Assembly: GCA_000388065.2 (NCBI GenBank)
Contig: KB932208.1
From: Fonticula alba ATCC 38817
Lineage: Eukaryota; Protista; Nucleariida
Length of the DNA: 64,000 bases
Strand: one strand, 5' to 3'
The position numbers were made by a program, and so were the translations under genes. Every line of letters begins with the position of its first letter. Position 1 is the first letter of the stretch. Shown here piece by piece: positions 59,397 to 64,000 of the stretch. Below the pieces are notes generated by a model. The model did not search any database and was not told the DNA's origin. It saw only the letters and a program-made list of their open reading frames with translations.

Positions 59397-62300
59397 TCAG
59401 AAGACCAGTGCCATGATGTCTTCGCATTCGCGCAGCACGCGGGCCATAGGTACCCGGGCCGAGCGCGACAGGCCCCCGGTGCCCTTCTCCAGGTCCGGCA
59501 GATCGGCCGCCGCCGCCGCCGGCAGCCGGCCGTCGCCCTCGCAGCACACGTGCACAAGACCCAGGAGGCGCGTGCGCACCGGCGACGCGGGAAACACAAA
59601 GGACGCCCGGGGCCGGTCGCCACGAAGGACCCTCTCGCGGATCTGGGCCGAGCTGAGGCCTGGCATCCGAAGAAGGGGAGACACGGAGAAGCAGACGCCG
59701 GGCAGCAGGAGGGAAGGCAGCCGACAAGGGAAAGGTCAGCAGACCGAAGGCAAATGACATGCGAGCGAGAGGGAGGAGCAGAGGGAAGGGGCTCGCCGGC
59801 TGGCGAGCAGGCGAACACGCACCCTCCCACGCCGGCCGGCTGGTGAGCAGCTCCCACAGGAGGATACCGAAGGCGTAGACATCGGCATCTGGGGCCAGGG
59901 TCGAGGGGAGCGGCGCGGTCGGGGTGTTGCGCCAGTGCTAGGGGGGGAGGGGGAAGCAGGGCAACAGGCTGGTGTGAGAGAGCGAGGCACCATGAAAGCA
60001 CGGGGGAGAGAGAGAGAGAGAGGAGAGAGAAGAGGAAAACAGACGAGAGCGGCGGCTGGCCTTCGCCATGGGCGCACCTCCGGCGCGGCATAGCGCGGCA
60101 GGAACCCGGCCACAATGACCTCCAGTGGCTGCTCCACCGCGATGCGGATATCGCTGTCGCCGGACAGGTGCGAGGCCAGGGACCCGGTGCTGGTGGAGCT
60201 CCGGAAGGTCCGGCGCACGGCTCCCAAGTCCCCGACCACCGCCCGGTAATACGGCCGGCCAAATTGATCGCAGAACACCTGCTCCGGGGCATTCGGATCG
60301 TCATCCATCGAGGCAAAGCCCCCGGAGCCGGAAGTGGCAAAGGAAGAGGCCACGCTGCTGGCCGAGGAGGAGGTGGCGATCGGCGCAAACCCGTCGAAGC
60401 TATTGCACCGGCTCCGAGAGGAGGAGGAGTGCCCGCCGCCGCCGGCGCTGGAGCCGCCCTGGCGACTGCCCCCCTCCGGCGAGTGCAACACCGGGAAGAA
60501 GGGCGCCGAGAGGTAGATATTGTCGGCGGCCAGGTCCCCATGGGCGAAGCCCGCCGCATGGATGGCCTCCAGCCCGCGGGCGATGTCAAAGGCCAGGATG
60601 ACCACCTGCTCCAGGCTGAAGGAGGCAATCTGCGATAGATCCAGCCCGCCGGAGCTCGGGACCACGCCCAGCGGATGGACCGGCGCTCCGACATGCGTCA
60701 GGCCGCCCCCGATGCTGGCGCTGCCCATGGAAGACAGCGACTCCGAAGCGGACATGGCCCCCTGCAGCTGCTGCGGGTGAAGATGATGGAACAGCCCGGA
60801 GGCCCGGTGAAGCCCACGCTCGGCGATCGGCGGCAGGGGAGTCGACAGCGAGGTGACCGTCGGGCTGGGCAGCGAGGAGGTCGAGTGCGAGGAAAGCATG
60901 CGCCGAGCTCCCGCCGAGCCGGGCCCCCCGGCCGGGGGGGAGGATGCCCGGATGCCGGGGGCCGTCCCGCCGGCGCCCGGGGAAAGTGGCGGCGCCCCGG
61001 CCGTCACCCCGCCCACGGTGGCCGCCGGCCCGGGGCCACTGCTGGAACTGCCCCGCCGACCGGGCGACGGAAGGGGAAGGTGTGCCGCCGCGCCGGGGGC
61101 CGCATTGCCGGATCCCCCGGCCGCCGGGCCGAGGATCGGCGTGTACAGCGGCATGGTTTGGCCGGTGATCGCGCGACCCGACCCCCCGGACGCGGTGGGC
61201 TCATGGTGCGCGGCCGTGGATGACCCGCCGGCTGCCGGGCCACCCGCCCCGGCACCCGTGGCCGAAGAGCCACCCGGGCTCGCCGGCCCGACCGACTCCA
61301 GCTCCGCCAGCAGCTGGTTAATTGACAGCGGCGGCGGGGCGCCACGTCCGACACTCGGCCCGGGCATGCCGGCCGCCAGGCTGGGGAGCGAGCTTTCCGA
61401 GCCGCTGACCCCGGCCCGGGGCGCCCCGGCGGCCGCCGACAAGTCCACCAACCGCCCGGCCGGATCGCTGGCGCTCGGCGGGAACAGATAGCTGGCCAAG
61501 TCCGTGTGGTATGCCAGCATGACGATGCCGACCTCGAATTCGGTCGAATAGTACCCCACCAGCTTGGAAATGTTGGGCCGCTGATCGAGCGACCACATGG
61601 CCGCAATTTCCTGCATATAGATGGCCCGGATTTGGGCCATCTGCTCGGCGGAGTCGGCCCAGGACACCGTGTCGAAGGTGCTGTCCGGCTCGAGGCGCGG
61701 GCTGCGGATGACCAACGACGCGTGGGGGAGCCCCAGCGGCTCGGTCGCCTCGCCGGCCGCCAGGGCCGGGTGGATCCACGCACGCTTGACCACCACGGCG
61801 CTGGTCTTGAAAAGGGCCCGCATGGCGGGGATGGTTAAGTTGGCCCGATAGACGGCCCCCTGCGACCCGATGGCCAGCGGCCGGCCCAGGGAGAAGGAAT
61901 CCCGCGGGTCCAGCCGGAGGAAGGCCGGCAAGACCGGGTCCGCCGGGTGGAAGGCATGGTGCGGCCGGTCATTCGGCGATTGGAAGAATGGCAGTGGCCC
62001 GGCGGCCAGACTGGTGTCGGAACCGTCGGCCGCGTCCTTGTCCATCGGCTGGACACCCTCAACCGGCGAGAGAGCCTCATCATCGTGGTCATCGGCCGAT
62101 GAGGCCGACTCGCTGGAGTGCAGCTCCTTCAGTTCGATTCCCGAGTGCATGGCATCCGGCAGCGAGTGCAATGAGGCGTCGCTCATGATGAAGGTGCCCT
62201 GCCGGTCCCGGCGGTCCGGCGACATTTGCGCCTCGGCCATGCTGCTAAGGCGGCTGCATGCGTGCGCGCACGGCGCAGGGGAGGGACCAAAGGAAAGGAA

Positions 62301-62859
62301 AGGGGGAGGGGGGGCACGGAAAAAGGGACATGGAGACGGAGCGGGTCAGATACACCGGGCGCCATAGCCGGCGAAGAGGGCGCAGGGGGGGNNNNNNNNN
62401 NNNNNNNNNNNNNNNNNNNNNNNNNNGGGGGGGGGGGGCATGGGGAGGAGAGACGGCCATTCGACGAGGATGCCCCGTGGAGAGAGGCAGCACGCACCGG
62501 TGCGTGCGCATCTCACGCGCATCACGGTCGGCCTTTGCGGCGATGCGCTCGAACTCGCGCTTGCTGTTGCGCTCCCGGCGTTTCCGGCGCTGAATACAGA
62601 TGAATGCCACCAGCCCGGACACCAGGCCGAGGACCAGGACAGCCGACGCGGTGATCAGGAAGGCCAGCAGTAGGGTGGAGTGGAGTGCCGTTGCCGACAT
62701 GGAGTGTGCCTCGATGCAGGGCCCGCCGGAAACAGGCAGCCCGGCCCCCGGGCCGGCGGCCGCCGGGACAAAGCCCTCGAGACATTGGAGGCAGAGGCCG
62801 CCGGAGTCGCAGGTTTGACACCCGCGGCCACAGGCAAGCGACTTTCCGGCAGGGAGCAT
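59397..62859 (-). CDS. Single-pass receptor-type protein kinase, TKL/TK-like (~971 aa)
   Basis: Exons 62859-62498, 62253-60078, 59937-59823, 59659-59397 in phase. Cys-rich repeat CGRGCQTCDSGGLCLQCLEG, TM LLLAFLITASAVLVLGLVSGLVAFICI, stop-transfer RRKRR. Kinase motifs AIGSQGAVY, VVVK, QEI, HGDLAADN, GDLG, RYAAPE, DVYAFGILLWELLT, GDRP. Confidence 0.88.
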
Positions 62860-63845
62860 CGCGAGGGGCGGATGGAGTGAACAAGATCGGGGAAGAAGCA
62901 ACCACCGGGGAGAGGGAGGGGAAGGGGGGAGGGGGGGGGGAGGGAAGGCAAGGATGCGCGGATCACGGGCGGCGCCGGGCGTCGGCAGGCCGGCCCGGAC
63001 GTTTGGCGATGGGGGGGGGGAGAGGAAGGATGGGCCGAAGGGGAGGCGAGGGGAGGAGCTGGCCCCACCTATCCTCCAAGCATCCGCAGGGGCCCCCCTG
63101 AACAGTTTCTCCTCGTTGCCCCCCCCCCCCCCCCCGGGGACGGGGCGGGATGCCGGCCAGAGCCGACTGGGCCTGAAGGACGGCCCGGCCGCAATCCCCC
63201 CGCCGCCCCGGCCCCTCGGCCCGGCCCCCACAACAACAGCGCGAATGCCCCCGCACGCGCGTGTACACACACACACACACACACACACTCACAAAGACCC
63301 AGAGACATACACACACAAACCGCCCAAGGTCCGGGAGCGCGCGCATGCGACATAAAAGAAGCCCACCCAAGATTGCAGGAACCCCCCCCCGCCGACCCAG
63401 CCAGACGACCGGCAGACCAACCGGGGGAAATGCGCGCGCTCGGCCGCCGCCTCCCCCCCCCCCACCGAATGATCGACTCGCTGTGGGACAATCACGTGGG
63501 GCGCAGACCTCGCGCCCGGAGCCGCCCACGGACTGCGGCCGCCCGGAGAACACCGGGCGGGGGCGGGGCGGGGGGGGGCGCCCGCAGATCGGCGTACACA
63601 CGGGCCGAGGGGCGCAGTTTCCATGGACGCACGCGTGCGGCTTAGGAGGGCGCGGTCCGTGGTGGTCGCGCCGGATGACCACACGCACATCTCCTCCCTC
63701 TCCCGCTCCCCCCGCCCTCCCCTCGCCCCCTGCTTTTCCCCTCCCCCGCCACCCGACTCCGAGCTCTCTGTCTCTGCTCCTCCCTCTTCCCCACCACCAC
63801 CCCCCCCCCTGTGCTCTACCTTTTCTCCCTCTCACAGCGGCAGTC

Positions 63846-63890
63846 ATGAAGCACGCGCAGCTTGTCATTGGCACGGCCGGCGCCGGGAAG
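63846..63890 (+). CDS. GPN3: Exon 1 of GPN-loop GTPase 3 (gene continues beyond the window)
   Basis: MKHAQLVIGTAGAGK followed by a GTATGT donor; matches the GPN3 N-terminus (human MPRYAQLVMGPAGSGK). Not in the ORF track. Confidence 0.8.
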
Positions 63891-64000
63891 GTATGTCACA
63901 CAGCGATGCGCCTCTCGGCGGATGACCGACTGACGCCCACCCTCTCCGGGGCCCTGTTGCCCCTCCCCTCTCCCGATCCAATCGGCGGCTGGGCTCCAAT

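Overview
Very GC-rich, intron-dense eukaryotic genomic DNA with 12 N-gaps, nearly all abutting C/G homopolymers or microsatellites. Gene content (PRKX/PKA-type kinase, GNPTAB, AIP-like TPR protein, Pin3/Lsb1-like SH3 protein) suggests an opisthokont-grade protist, possibly Fonticula-like; this is inference and I cannot verify it. By hand-splicing with frame and phase checks I rebuilt about 16 genes: PKA-C/PRKX, an orphan disordered protein, an orphan ~1276-aa protein, a Pin3-like SH3 protein, an AIP-like TPR co-chaperone, mitochondrial EngB GTPase, SMC4, a METTL24-like methyltransferase, a compact GlcNAc-1-phosphotransferase, mitochondrial Obg/MTG2, a possible TFIIA-gamma-like protein, NAXD, insulin-degrading enzyme, FARSA, a receptor-type kinase and exon 1 of GPN3. 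Most other ORF-track entries are antisense shadows or microsatellite translations. I found no RNA genes, transposons or CRISPR arrays. Best leads: (1) a tandem Golgi-type methyltransferase plus phosphotransferase pair, a candidate Man-6-P methylation module; (2) no +4A among 66 inferred splice donors; (3) a UPF1-type zinc-finger exon that appears to splice into the antisense strand of IDE; (4) a receptor kinase with a tyrosine-kinase-like catalytic loop and a very large kinase insert.
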